Shown here: positions 49,574 through 63,500 of the stretch, piece after piece | Layout of the letters: each line of letters begins with the position of its first letter | How positions within the stretch are numbered: the stretch's first letter is position 1 | Source: Klebsormidium nitens | Taxonomy: Eukaryota; Plantae; Klebsormidiophyceae | Assembly: GCA_000708835.1 (NCBI GenBank) | Contig: DF237181.1 | Location: forward strand, 62,001 to 126,000 | Length of the DNA: 64,000 bases | Reading direction: 5' to 3' | Program-made: the position numbers and the translations under genes | The notes under the pieces: generated by a model | Databases searched by the model: none | What the model was told of the DNA's origin: nothing | The model's input: the letters and a program-made list of their open reading frames with translations, nothing else

Positions 49574-50340
49574 TCAAGGGGCAGGTGGTGGAGTTTCCTT
49601 TGGATGCTTGGATTCATAATGGACGACCAGGTTTTTGTAGCTTGTAAATGGAGCCTGCAAAAATGAATGTCATATCAGGTCAAGAAGATGTGTTTGAGTA
49701 AGATAGTAAGCCCATGATAAGCCTCAGATCCATTCATCAGGTCTGGGGGCACCTTGACCTGTCCAATCAGGTGAAAAACACGCACATCAGAAGGACAGTA
49801 AGCCCTAAATCACTGAGAAACATCAGGCGGTAGGACAATCCAGACACACATTGAGGCTTGAGGCTTGTATTGTTGGTAACCAGCTTGTCGTTGCTGTACT
49901 CACCTTGCATATTGGACACTGGACTTTCAAAGCCTCCGCCTAGAAAGAGAAGGAAACAAAGTTGTTAGTGGAAGCTCATTCAAAGTCCTCCCACCCGACT
50001 GTGTTCTGCTGTGAGTTCCTTATCTGACCAGTTTCTGTGACTCATGACCACTGGTTCCTTGAATCCTTGAGTTCCATATCATTGGATTTCAACATAGGCG
50101 GGGAATGTGCAAAGGAGTATCTGCAATAAATTTGACTGTGGGGCCACTGAGGCAATTGAATTCAAAGAGCACTCCAGCCTGATCATTCGACAAAGAAGCC
50201 ACGCGCTCAGGAGGACGAATATGTACGTCGGTCAGAACACTGTCGTGGCTCACTTGGGCCTTCAACTGAGACCCTTTTGCTGGAGCGTTCTTCTCTGCAT
50301 TCTTCTTCTGCGACTCAATCTTCTGCTTGCCCCGCGCCAT
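49574..50340 (-). CDS. Small ZNF706-like C2H2 zinc-finger protein (4F5/SERF-like N-terminus), 67 aa
   Basis: Exons 50340-50254, 49939-49904, 49654-49574: MARGKQKIESQKKNAEKNAPAKGSQLKAQAEALKVQCPICKAPFTSYKNLVVHYESKHPKETPPPAP; CxxC..HxxxKH motif. Confidence 0.9.
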
Positions 50341-50808
50341 CTTGTCAACACGGCAGCCACCAGTGCCACAATTGTATAGGTTCTGATCAGTAGAAGGCCG
50401 AGAAATCTCTGTAATCGTGCTCAGCTGGGCCGGAGCACAACACTAAGGTATTCGAAATGCGGAGGAGCTCATTGGTCAAGTGCTTATTGCCGCGTGCTGG
50501 CCTCTTCTTGCATCACTCCCTGACAGCCCTGTCGAGCCGCCACGATATGCAGGTCAGTCCTAAATAGTAGTTGCACTGCATCATATGTGAGATCTTGGAA
50601 ATGCTAGAGAAAATGCAATGCGACCATGGGGCGTGCTTGGGACGTCCTGCAAGTTTGCTCATAAATGCAGTCCCAAAGTAGCCTGTTGACAGTGTAGGGA
50701 AGGACAGGCGCAGGCGGCCACATTCAACCATTGTCAAGAGAGACGCGTTCTGTTGGGTTTAGAGCAACCGTCATGCCGATTCTAATCTGCGTTACTACTG
50801 TAGGGTAA

Positions 50809-51136
50809 GGTCATTTTGAAGTTGACCCCCTATGTTCAGTTCAGAGGGTGGGTCTTGGGGGTTTGGAATCCTGAGGGCGGCGGGAGGGGGGGGGAGGCTC
50901 GGGGTTTCTGCCATAAACGAGCCGCAGGCTCGGAATATCTCGCATGATATCGGTCTAATTACATGCCGTTTACAGGGGCAAATTAAGTGCAAAATACACA
51001 TGTTCATACAGCCGGAGGGGAGGGGGGCTCCGCTTATCCCTGGGTGGAAGACTGTGGGAGGGGGGGGGGGCTTGGCCGTTCGGGTCTCGAGGGGCGATAT
51101 CTGGACTGAACATAGGGGGTGCACTACAAAATGACC
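50809..51136. mobile_element. Tourist-like (PIF/Harbinger) MITE, 328 bp, 37-bp imperfect TIRs, TAA target-site duplication
   Basis: TAA(50806-50808)|GGTCATTTTGAAGTTGACCCCCTATGTTCAGTTCAGA(50809-50845) ... TCTGGACTGAACATAGGGGGTGCACTACAAAATGACC(51100-51136)|TAA(51137-51139). TIRs match at 33/37. A GG start with TAA TSD is the established Tourist signature. Confidence 0.88.
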
Positions 51137-51587
51137 TAATACCCGTATACGTATAAGTGCACAGATAGAAGACACTAGAATGGAAATTCGATTCTTTTTG
51201 TCCATTCCGTGGTTTAGAAATCGGTCTCCAATGATCTCGAGAACACAAGGGCCGAAACGGTCAACTCTGAGCTGACCTGTCTTCTGCAACCGTTGCAAGC
51301 AGGGAGTTCGGGAAGCTTTTCTCGTGCTGGTCACGAACGGAAGGCGCTTTGTCAACAGCGGGTTGCTTGCACAGCAGGCGCATCCTAGCAGTAGGATTTT
51401 GGTTGGCGCACACCGTTCCTGAATTCAGGGTGGATAAGAACCAGGAGAACAGCGGAACTTTAGGTTCTTGTGCTTCTTAGGTAGCTTGGCTTACACCCGC
51501 TCAAAGGGTTTGGGTGATGAGGCAGGCCCTGCTCTGATCAGAAACACATTGGTAGATCTAGTTTCTTGACTTGGCAGGTCAAGAAAG

Positions 51588-54500
51588 ATGGCTGCTGCAA
51601 ATGCGCCGATCCTGACAAAAGAGGCCCTGTCTGTAAGTCCCTGCTCTGATTGCTCGCAAGCAAGATCTGGCTGGTGTTCGCTTCATAAGCCTGCTGACTA
51701 GGGGTTTGTCTTCATCGATTTGTGCATGGATTTTGATAGCATGATTCGTACGGAGTTGATCTTGTCACAGGCTTTGACGACCTGTGTAACACTTGCCATT
51801 GCAGTTGACGGGCCTCGGTGTCAACCAACAATTTATCACATTTACGCACGTGACCATGGAGTCGGAGAAGTATATCTGTGTCAGGGAGACAGCCCCCAGC
51901 AACAGCGTGGTGATCATTGACATGAGCATGCCCAGCCAGCCGCTGCGCAGGCCTATCACCGCTGATTCTGCGCTGATGAATCCTGCTAGCAGAGTCCTGG
52001 CGCTCAAAGGTATGCGATCAATGCGTGCTTGAATTCCTGTAGTTGCTTAGAGCAGCAGGACTGCATTTATACGGATATATTTTCAAGAAATCTCTTCTAT
52101 CATGCTCAGGTAAAAGCTGACAAACGCTGGAGGCAGTTTGAGAATGCATCCTGTGCTTTGCTGCGCCCCCCTTAGCAGCTTGCAATTGCCTGATGAGCCA
52201 TCCCTCTCGCTTTCTACAGCTCAAATCCAGGGAACGACTCAGGATCACCTGCAGATCTTCAACATTGAGGCAAAGCAGAAGATCAAGTCATACCAGATGC
52301 CTGAGCAGGTGATTATCTTGCCTGGCTTCTTTGGAATGCGTTGTGAGCACACAAGTTGGGAGTGTACAGAAAATTGGATTCGATGCAGTCAAAGGGGCAC
52401 TGCACCAAGTACTTGAGCATTTTGCTAATGCAATATTATCCTGCGTTGTGAGAGCGGATTTGTGGGAATTCGTCATTTGGTTCACGAATTGGTAGGATGC
52501 TGCGGTTGACTGGAACTCAATACGTGCAGGTCCTCTTCTGGAAGTGGATTACTCCCAAGACTCTTGGACTGGTCACAAGCACCTCAGTGTACCATTGGTC
52601 AATTGATGGTGAGATTGGCCACCAATTTTGCTCAATTAGTAGTCCATACCTCATTTAGATGTGCTTGCCAATATAGTGTGGATTGAGTGGGTGCACTTCA
52701 ATTGCAATAATGTCATCTTGAAATTGGTGAAAGAATCAACATGGTGGCAAAATGCATTCAAGAAAGGTATTGTGCATTGCTACAGAGTCAACGTATGGTC
52801 AATGCAACGAAGGTATTACTTCAGGGCGTCAAGGTTGAGTAGGATTCGGTGCTGTGTGTAGGCACCTCTGAGCCCGTCAAGCAGTTTGAGAGGACTGCGA
52901 ATCTGAATGGCAATCAGATCATCAACTACCGGTGTGACCCATCTGAGAAGTGGCTGGTGTTGATTGGGATTGCTCCGGGCGCCCCAGAGGTAGAGTCCTT
53001 TCGTCCTACTCACCACTAGGGTTTGAAGCACTGGGTGCACCTGCTGCCATATGCTGATACTGTCTTGCAGCTGCCGATGTTGTCAGGTTTTCGGAAAGTG
53101 GCGTTTGACAACTGTTGCGTTGCATCATGAACTATTGTGCAAGCTCAGCAAGTGCAATCGGAGAGCACACCTGCCTTCTTGTGGGTGTTTCTTTGTGCAA
53201 TCTTCGTCTAGAAAATCGGCATGTTGAGCAGATCCGTCAGGAGTGGATACTTCATGTACTCATACTCCAGAATGGTTGGGGGAATGATCGTGGGACATTT
53301 TGCTGCAGCGTCCTCAACTGGTGAAAGGAAACATGCAACTGTACTCCGTGGAGCAGCAGCGCAGCCAGGCTCTTGAGGCTCACGCAGCTTCGTTTGCAAC
53401 TTTCCGGGTGAGTTTGCCCCAAACCTCCCGCAGTACTGCAGGTGTGGGTCTGCCTTTCAGCTGCATTTCTGTTGTGAGCTACACGTGTTTTCAGGATTCC
53501 TGGCAGCTGGGCTCAATGTTGCACCAATGGTCTGCAGGTTCCTGGAAACGACGTGGACTCCACCCTTATCTCGTTTGCTACAAAGACAATTGCGGCTGGA
53601 ACCGTCACCTCCAAGCTGCATATCATTGAGCTTGGAGCACAGCCAGGTGGGCACTGTTCGCTGGCGGCGATCATTTTGAGTAATACACTCCTCCGCAATT
53701 CCAAGTTCTCCCATCAGAAATCGAAGATGCTTGCTTGTTTTGTGATCTCTCCTTCTGAAAGTGCATCCATCAAGCATTTGAAGTGAGCTGAGCGAGCTAA
53801 CCTGACAAAGCCAGAAGCGCCAAACTTTCTATCATCTTTGTGTGGACATGTTCACTCACTATGATGACGTGTCACTGATGCAGGCAAGATTCCTTTCACC
53901 AAGAAGCAGGCCGACCTTTTCTTCCCCCCCGACTTTGCGGATGATTTCCCAGTCGCGATGCAGGTGGGCAGATATTCGATCTTATGGGATGCCTTCTTGG
54001 TAATGTCAGCCCATGTTCAAGGTGGTTCTTCTAGAGCGAGAGCAGGCTCTCTCTAGTGGAGAGCAATGTCTGCTCATGATTCGGCATTCTCCTGGCTGCT
54101 TGGCAAGAAAGTTGTGCACGGATTGGAAACGCTCCTTTCATCAAGAAAGGAGTGCTTGCTTGCCTGTTTCTGACCTGCGGCTTTTATGCGTACAGATCTC
54201 TGCGAAGTACAGCCTGATCTATGTGATCACCAAGCTGGGGCTGCTCTTTGTGTACGATCTGGACACCGGCACAGCAGTCTACAGGAACAGGATCAGCCCG
54301 GACCCCATCTTCCTGACTGCGGATGCCGGCGCGATCGGTGGATTCTATGCCGTGAACCGGAGGGGGCAGGTCCTGCTGGCCACCGTCAATGAGCAAACGC
54401 TGGTGCCTTTCGTCAGTGGACAGGTCAGTGGGTAGGACGATTGTTGTTACGTCCGGTCCAGTGATTGGCTGGCAGAAGTTACTGGGTTTCATTGCCCCTG

Positions 54501-57500
54501 TCTCTGGAGCTTGTAGAGCTTGGTTGGCAGCTGCCCGCGTCAGTACAACGTTGGAAACTTACTGATTGTCTCTTATTTTTGCAGCTGAACAATCTTGAGC
54601 TGGCTGTGAACTTGGCCAAGCGTGGCAACCTACCTGGAGCGGAGAACCTGGTAAGTATCATCCCCTTTGGGCAGAGTGGGTGCCACCTTGCACAATCAGC
54701 TGCTCATGGTTGTGCGAGAAAAGATTACAACAGGAGAGTCGTCGGTTGCTTCCAGCTTAAGTAATAACTGCACCTAATATTGCTGGCTTGTGCGGGGCAA
54801 AGAGGGCTATCCCACCCTTGCTTGCAGCGCAGTCAGCAGGCATTTGGGCTGTCGCTGTGACCATCCTTCAGCTGCCCCTTATGCTTGTCCACATGTCTTT
54901 CGCAGGTGATCCAGCGCTTCCAGGAGTTGTTCCAGCAGCTCAAGTACAAGGAGGCTGCAGAGCTGGCTGCCGAGTCCCCGCAGGGGATTCTGCGCACCCC
55001 CGACACTGTGGCCAAGTTCCAGGTCAGTATGGGCTGGTATTCCTTATCCAGTAAAGGAGCTGCAATGCATGTCTACTCACCTCTCTGCCCTTCATTAGCC
55101 CTCGTTTTGAATTCACGTTCAAAGTACCGCAAACCTGCAAGACCTGGCCTCAGATTTTTGCCGACCTATGGCGAGACCTACACTTGCTGAGTACGATCGG
55201 GCAGAAAGGGGCACCCGTTTTGATGGGCACAGATCCTGATGCTTTTCTCATAAGACCCACTTTTTTTGTTCGTGCAGAGTGTGCCGGTGCAGCCCGGCCA
55301 GACGTCGCCGCTGCTGCAGTACTTCGGCACGCTGCTGACCAAGGGCAAGCTGAACGTGTTCGAGTCCCTGGAGCTGTCGCGCCTGGTGGTCAACCAGAAC
55401 AAGAAGAACCTCCTTGAGAACTGGCTGGCCGAGGACAAGCTCGAGTGCAGCGAGGAGCTCGGGGACCTCGTCAAGGTGCGCACTGGTCAAGCAGAAACGA
55501 TGATTTTTGCATCTGCAGTATCTGTATTGACAGCTGTGGGTGACTGACTGAGTAGTCGCGGATCCGCGTGTATGCGGTAACTGTACTGCCCGATTAGGGA
55601 CATCCTGGCATGGGAGCGGAATGTCTGCTTTTGCTGCTGGCAGCTCACGCATGTCCAATTGGTTGGCCAGCAGAACATGATTGGACAAAAGTGGATTTCC
55701 GCATGTGGGCTCTGTCAACGTGAGGGCTGGAACTGATACTTCCCCTCTCGTTATGTGCAGACGGTGGATGGGGACCTGGCCCTCAAGGTATACATCAAGG
55801 CCAAGGCGACGCCCAAGGTCGTGGCCATCTTCGCGGAGCGCAACGAGTTCGACAAGATCATCGCCTACTCCCAGCAAGTCGGCTACACGCCCGACTACCT
55901 CTACCTGCTGCAGACGCTACTGCGCACCAACCCCGCGGGCGCGGGCAACCTCGCGCTCATGATGGCCAAGATGGAGGGCGGCTGCCCCGTCGACTTCAAC
56001 ACGATCACCGACCTGTTCCTCCAGCGCAACATGATCCGCGAGGCGACGTCGTTCCTGCTCGAGGTGCTCAAGCCGAACCTCCCGGAGCAGGGCCAGCTGC
56101 AGACCAAGGTGCTGGAGATCAACCTGGTGACGTTCCCCAATGTCGCGGACGCGATTTTGGCGAACGGCATGTTCAGCCACTACGACCGCCCGCGCGTCGC
56201 GCAGTTGTGCGAGAAGGCGGGGCTGTACACGCGCGCGCTGCAGCACTACACGGACCTGCCCGACATCAAGCGCGTGATCATCAACACGCACGCGATCGAG
56301 CCGCAGAGCCTGGTCGAGTTCTTCGGCACGCTGTCCCGCGAGTGGGCGCTTGACTGCATGAAGGAGCTGCTGCTGGTGAACATGCGCCAGAACCTGCAGA
56401 TCGTGGTCCAGGTCGCCAAGGAGTACACCGAGCAGCTCGGCCTCGACTCGTGCATGGGCCTCTTTGAGGAGTTCAAGTCCTACGAGGGCCTCTACTTCTA
56501 CCTCGGCTCCTACCTCTCCACATCGTGAGTCTATTGCCCTCTATTTCTTCTTAATAGGCTGTTGGATGTTCAAAATTGGTCGAAGTCTTCAAGCCAGTCA
56601 GAATGTTTCTTTAGATGTTCAGCGGTTTTGGGTACATGTATATTTGTTCGAAAAGACCTGGCGGGCGAAGTTAGTCTGGCATGCAAGCAAAAGGCTCAGG
56701 AGGTTGGATCCCGCGATGAGGGTTGTTTTGCGTCTTCTGTTAGCAAAGACAAGAAAGCAGCACCTTTTGGTGTAGGAAGAAGCGATTTCTGTGAGGTGAG
56801 CTGGTGAGTGGGATAAGTTTCTGATTCGCGTCCGTCTCGTTGGCTGGCTGCAGAGAGGACCCGGACGTGCACTTTAAGTACATTGAGGCCGCCTCGCGCA
56901 CGGGCCAGATCAAGGAAGTGGAGCGCGTGACGCGCGAGTCCAACTTCTATGATGCGGAGAAGACCAAGAACTTCCTCATGGAGGCTAAGCTGCCGGACGC
57001 GCGCCCGCTGATCAACGTGTGCGACCGCTTCAACTTCGTGCCGGACCTCACGCACTACCTCTTCACCAACAACCTGCTGCGCTACATCGAGGGCTACGTC
57101 CAGAAGGTGAGCAGCTGACCTACGGTAGTTCAATCGGTGTTGTAGATTTGCTACGAATTCTTTTTCTGGGCGGTGAGGTATGCACTGCAAAGGCAGGCTA
57201 AGCGGCTTGGTTTTCAAGCTATTGTTGTGCTTTGTCTTTCATAGAGTGCTCAGGAACGACTCGGAAGGACTGACGTCTGGACGACTTGGATGCTGACGTC
57301 CGGATCGTTCAAGCCTGTGAAGGGAGTAGATACGGTCAAGTCAATCATCGCTGTGTCAAATACTGACATGGTTTTTGAGTTCTGAGGGTCAAAGTGATTC
57401 TGGCAGGTTTGCAGGGTCTAATGTTGTGCGAGCCCTGATCTGATTGTTTTGCTGCAGGTCAACCCCGCAAATGCCCCTCTGGTCGTCGGCCAGCTGTTGG

Positions 57501-60500
57501 ACGACGAGTGCCCCGAGGACTTCATCAAGAACCTCATTCTGTCCGTCCGCAGCCTGTTGCCAGTCGAGCCTCTGGTAGCAGAGTGCGAGAAGAGGTGAGG
57601 TGCTACAGCGGGCCCTGTCCTCAGTGCATATTTTCGGAGAAACGAATAGTTCTCTGGAAATTACGAAGGCTCAGGTTCTTTGAAGATCAGAACCTGCATC
57701 CGACTTCCTCCCAGATTACTCATAGTCGTCCGAGACGTCAATGGGTTCCGCTTCAAGTGGACCATGTCGTGGCCGGAATTTAATCGCACGGTCTACTGCT
57801 AAAACAACAAAGCCTTCGTAGAAGACAGTGACTTGCACGCTCTTCGTAGTTCACAGTGCCCATCCCTCCTGTTGGCAACCCCTGAGAGTTCTTAAGGAAA
57901 TCTGATTCCTACGATCTTGGTAGTTCGCTGTGCCAATCGCTGTAATTCCACTCTCGTGCAGGAACCGGCTGAAGCTGCTGAGCCAGTTCCTGGAGCACCT
58001 GGTGAGCGAGGGCAGCCAGGACGTGCATGTGCACAACGCGCTGGGCAAGATCATCATCGACAGCAACAACAACCCCGAGCACTTCCTCACCACCAACCCC
58101 TACTACGACTCCCTCGTCGTCGGCAAGTACTGCGAGAAGCGCGACCCCACGCTGGCCGTTGTCGCTTACAAGCGCGGCAAGTGCGACCTCGAGCTGGTCG
58201 CCGTCACCAACAAGAACTCGTTGTTCAAGCTCCAGGCCAGGTGGGCGACCATCCCGGAACACTGCGCTCATTGCTTCTTGGGGCTTCTTCGTCTTTGCAC
58301 AGTCGTCCCTGAGATACAGTCCCCTGTCCTTCATTGGATACCGCACCTGTTCTCATTGTTCAATGTGCTTCATGACGAAAGCGCGGTTCCAACGAAAGTT
58401 TGCTGCTTCAGTACCTGCGAACCCGCAGTTGTGAGCATCATGCTTCCTGTCGTAGCAGAACTCCCTTTGTGCGTTCCCTCTTCTCAAGCGGCTAGTTTGT
58501 GTCCACCCGGGTTTCCTCCTAGCTGTCGTGCCCAGAACTAACTACAACCAGACAGGGGGATGGGAGTAGAGGATCTTACCTGCTTTCCTGTTGGCCAGGT
58601 ACGTGGTGGAGCGCATGGAGCCGGAGCTGTGGGAGAAGGTGCTGACGCCCGAGAACCAGTTCCGGCGGCAGCTCATCGACCAGGTGGTGTCGACCGCGCT
58701 CCCCGAGAGCAAGAACCCGGAGCAGGTGTCGGTGACGGTGAAGGCGTTCATGACGGCGGACCTGCCGCACGAGCTGATCGAGCTGCTGGAGAAGATCGTG
58801 CTCCAGAACAGCGCCTTCAGCGGCAACCCCAACCTGCAGAACCTGCTCATCCTCACCGCCATCAAGGCCGACAAGTCGCGCGTCATGGACTACATCAACC
58901 GCCTTGACAACTTCGACGGTGAGCGGCGCGCACGAGCCAGGATTGGAAGCCTATGGGGAGCAAATCATGGGAGCGAGTAGAGAGGAAGAAAACAGACGGC
59001 CTGCACTCTCAAGTCTGCAATGGAGACAAGCCGTGTCTCGGTGGCTCTCCTTAAACTCTCTTCTGAACTGCAGATTCTTCCTGTTGATTGGGATCGGAGG
59101 GATTTTAAAGTGTGTGGTTCGACAAGGTGCATAGTCAGGGCCTGTTATCCATGTCGCGCTGACGCTGACCGGGCCCTCCTTCTCAGGTCCCGCCGTGGGA
59201 GAGATCGCCGTTGGGTCGGAGCTGTACGAGGAGGCCTTCACCATCTACAAGAAGTTCAACCTCAACGTCAAGGCTGTGGACGTCCTGCTGGACAACATCG
59301 GCAGGTGCGTGCGTCCATGTTCTCCAGCGTCAGCTGCGCCAGGATCATTCGATCTTTCTCGACATAACTGGTCATGTCGTTGCATTAGATGCAGCGAGTC
59401 TCTCTTTTTCATTGTCATTTTCCGTTCAAGGTCGACGATAGGCGATTCCCGCCGAAGTATAGTATCACCAGAGCGTATCCCTCACCAGGTGCACTGGTCA
59501 AAGCACTAACAAAAGCTGGGCCTTTGATCCTGTCAGCCCTTTTGGGGTTCTGGACTCTTCTAATTGTTCCTTGGTCGCTGCTTTGCTGCAGCATCGACCG
59601 CGCCCTCGAGTTTGCGAGCCGTGTTGAGGAGGACGACGTGTGGAGCCAGGTGGCCAAGGCGCAGCTGAAGCAGGGGCTCGTCAGCGACGCCATCGAGTCG
59701 TTCATCAAGGCCAACGACGCCACGCAGTTCCTGGACGTCATCAAGGCCGCCGAGAAGGCCAACGTGAGCCCTGCCATCTGATTTTTTGCCGTGTTCTTTG
59801 CCTGCTTGCTGGAACGAGCGAGCATGTTCTGGTCGTGTCCAACTTCTTTTTTGATTCAGACGTTTCTTGCGTTGAATAGAACTGCCTGACGATCGTCGTC
59901 GCCTTGGTTGCTGTGGATCGGTTGCCTTACTCAGCTCCGACTCAGTTGGCCCTTCGCTTGGGACGAAATCCTTCACCTGCGTCCTGTGTGGGGGTCATGC
60001 AGCTCAACTTGTCGGCAATCGCTGAAGTATGCTAAGCTTCAGCGCTGTCAGTTACTCGTCAGTATATTACCCATCGCTCACGCTAGTTTCCGATGCGTGC
60101 AGGAGTTCGAGGAGCTGGTGAAGTACCTGCTGATGGTGCGCAAGAAGGTGAAGGAGCCCAAGGTGGACAGCGAGCTCATCTACGCCTACGCCAAGACGGG
60201 CCGGCTGGGCGAGATCGAGGAGTTCATCGCAACGCCCAACGCGGCCAACCTGCAGAACGTGGGCGACAAGTGCTTCGACGAGGCGCTCTACGAGGCCGCC
60301 AAGATCCTGTTCACGCACATCTCCAACTGGCAGCGCCTCGCGTCCACACTCATCAAGCTCAAGCAGTTCCAGGTGCGGCACAACCTTGGAAACGATCACA
60401 AGGCTTTCCGTTTTATCAATGGAGCTTGCGTTATTGCAACGAGCTTGCATGTCCAACGCTTAAGGCGTGCTTCTAGGGCTCTTCAAAGTCTGCAGTATCT

Positions 60501-63500
60501 GAGATGCCCGAGACATGGTTGGTGGCTGCTTGCCAGAACCAAGTCGAGCATCATGACCAGGGCTGCAGGAAGCTAGACAGAAGAAGGGGCGGTCGCTTCT
60601 TGTGCTCAAAGCGATTCCGAAGAGTTTCGGAGAATCGTCCCTTGCTAACTGAGGACTTTTCGTGAAACAGCAAGCTGTGGAGGCCGCCCGGAAGGCCAAC
60701 AGCGCCCGGACATGGAAGGAGGTCTGCTTTGCGTGCGTGGATGCGGAAGAGTTCCGGTTGGCCCAGCTGGCCGGCCTCAACATCATCGTCCAGGTGAGGA
60801 ACTCAGTGCAGCAGCAGAGCTATTATCAAGCATTCCTGTCAAGGAGCGGCTGACATGTGTACCGTTATGTTGTCGCGTAGATTGACCTGGCATCGGCTTT
60901 CATTGGCATGCGAGATTGTCAACTCCAAGCACCACCAGACATTCCCAGTCGTAAAGAAAGTGCTTGCCAAAGCTTTGCCCAGTGGTGACTGGGCTTCTCC
61001 TTCCCCTGTATTTAGGTATTTCAAAAAGTTTCAAAGAAACTTAAAGAATGTTGCGTCAAACTCGTAATCTCTCTTAGACACCCGACGAGCCCTTAAAAAG
61101 TTCAAACACTTGACCTGACCGGACCAGAATCCTCTTCTGACTTGCGTACTCTGTTTCCTGCGCCGCAGGTGGACGACCTGGAGGAAGTGAGCGACTACTA
61201 CCAGAACCGCGGCCACTTCGACCAGCTGATCGCGCTGATGGAGAGCGGGCTGGGCCTGGAGCGCGCGCACATGGGCATCTTCACCGAGCTGGGCGTGCTC
61301 TATGCGCGCTACCGCCCCGAGAAGCTGATGGAGCACCTCAAGCTCTTCTCGACGCGGCTCAACATCCCGAAGCTCATCCGCGTGTGCGACGAGCAGCAGC
61401 ACTGGAAGGAGCTCACGTTCCTCTACATCACGTACGACGAGTACGACAACGCGGCGGGCGTCATCATGGCGCACAGCCCCGACGCGTGGGAGCACATGCA
61501 GTTCAAGGACGTGATCGTGAAGGTGGCGAATCTGGAGGTGTACTACAAGGCGGTGCACTTCTACCTGCAAGAGCACCCCGACCTCATCAACGACCTTCTG
61601 CACGTCCTCGCGCCGCGCGTCGACCACTCGCGCACCGTCGACATCTTCCGCAAGGTGAGGGAACCTGTTATTGACCCTGGTTTTTCTTAACAGCTGGCTT
61701 TTGCAGGCAGGCAGGCATGAGGCTTTTTAGGTGCTGAGCTTAGGAAAGGCAAAGGAAGATACTTTGGAAAGAGTGGCCGACCTTTGCCGAATTCGTGCGC
61801 AGGGCTTTCGTGAGAAGTGGTGAAGTCGCTTGTTGTGTACATATGAACAGGTCGCAATTCGAGAGCGAGTCATTGCTGCAATTTCAAGGGGGCTGCGCTT
61901 CATCCACTTGGAAGGAGAGGCGTCAGATGCCCTTCCCAGGTGTGAACGATTCCGGATCTTGTAAGTAGGGGGAGACAACCTTCGAAACGGCTGAGTTCTG
62001 ACGTACATTTCCTGACGTACATTTCCTGACGTACATTTTCTGCTCTGAATGCAGGCTGGCCACCTGCCGCTGGTGAAGCCGTACCTGGTGGAGGTCCAGA
62101 GCGCGAACGTGTCTGCTGTGAACGAGGCGCTCAACGAGCTGCTGGTGGAGGAGGAGGACTACGACCGCCTTCGCACCTCCATCGACATGTACGACAACTT
62201 CGACCAAGTCGGCCTCGCGCAAAAGGTGAGCCCGCAACAGACCGCCTCTACGTTCTTGAAGCCTGGCAACAGAGCCCAATGACCTCGTGTAAATTACTCG
62301 AACATGCAGGTTTGGGAAATCACTCTTTCGAGAGACAAATGACGGAGCAAAGTCGATTGTACTTGGCTCCCGTTCTCTTTGAAGCAAAGCTGCCAGCTTT
62401 TTGCTACCCAGAAGGTTTGGGCGGAGAGAGGCAACGGCTGCAAAGCAACAGCTCCATTCTCGGTTTGTGCCTGCTGACATCAATCAAATTGCTACTCCGT
62501 CCTTGGATGTCGTGTCTGGTTCCGGATTGAACAATCATCCCCTGACCCGCTCCTTGTCGGTGCGTTTTGCAGCTGGAGAAGCACGAGCTGCTGGAGATGC
62601 GGCGCATTTCGAGCTACATCTACAAGAAGGCGCAGCGGTGGCGCCAGTCGGTGGCGCTGTCCAAGAAGGACAAGCTGTACAAGGACGCCATGGAGACTGT
62701 CAGCCAGTCCGGGGACAGGCAGCTCGCGGAGGAGCTCCTCGTCTTCTTTGTGGAGGAGGTCAGGATCACCTCTTTGCTCTCGCTCGGCGGTCTTTTCGAT
62801 ATTACAAGAAGCATCAGAGAGTAAGAGTGGTAGATGCCGAACATAATTTGTAACAGATTCTTGGGGCTGATGGGGCAAAGTTGGTTGAACCTCTCTCAAA
62901 TTTTTGCAGGCAGGCGTTTTCTGCAGACCGAGCTTCATCTCCCTTTGCCAAGCAACTCGTCGCTGGTTTGTTCTCCCCTTGCATGGACAAGCAAAGCTGA
63001 TGAGCCACTGGTTCGGAGACTGACAGCAGCACTTGTCGCGTGCAGGACAAGAAGGAGTGCTTTGCCGCGTGCTTGTACCAGTGCTACGACCTCATCCGGG
63101 CGGATGTGGTCCTGGAGCACGCCTGGTTCAACGACATGATGGACTGCGCAGTCCCCTACCTCATACAGGTGCGCCGACGGCCACAGCTTCCGCGAACTGC
63201 CTTGCGAGCTGCCCTTGCTGTGTCGAACGATCCTATTTCCTGTGACAGTAAACGGAGTCATCTTTCAATCGCCTTATTTTGGACGTGCCAGGCCCATTTC
63301 TGCGAAGGCTTGATGATCACAAAGAGTTGGAAAGGCTTCTGAAATAGAGTGAGGCGTGATTCGATGAAATTTCAAAACGGTGCCCGTTCTTAACCATTCC
63401 GATCGTCTGCCTGTCGTGCAGTTTGTGCGCGAATACTCGAGCAAGGTGGACGAGCTTGTAAAGGACAAGGCGGAGGCTAACCTGGAGAAGCAGGCCAAGA

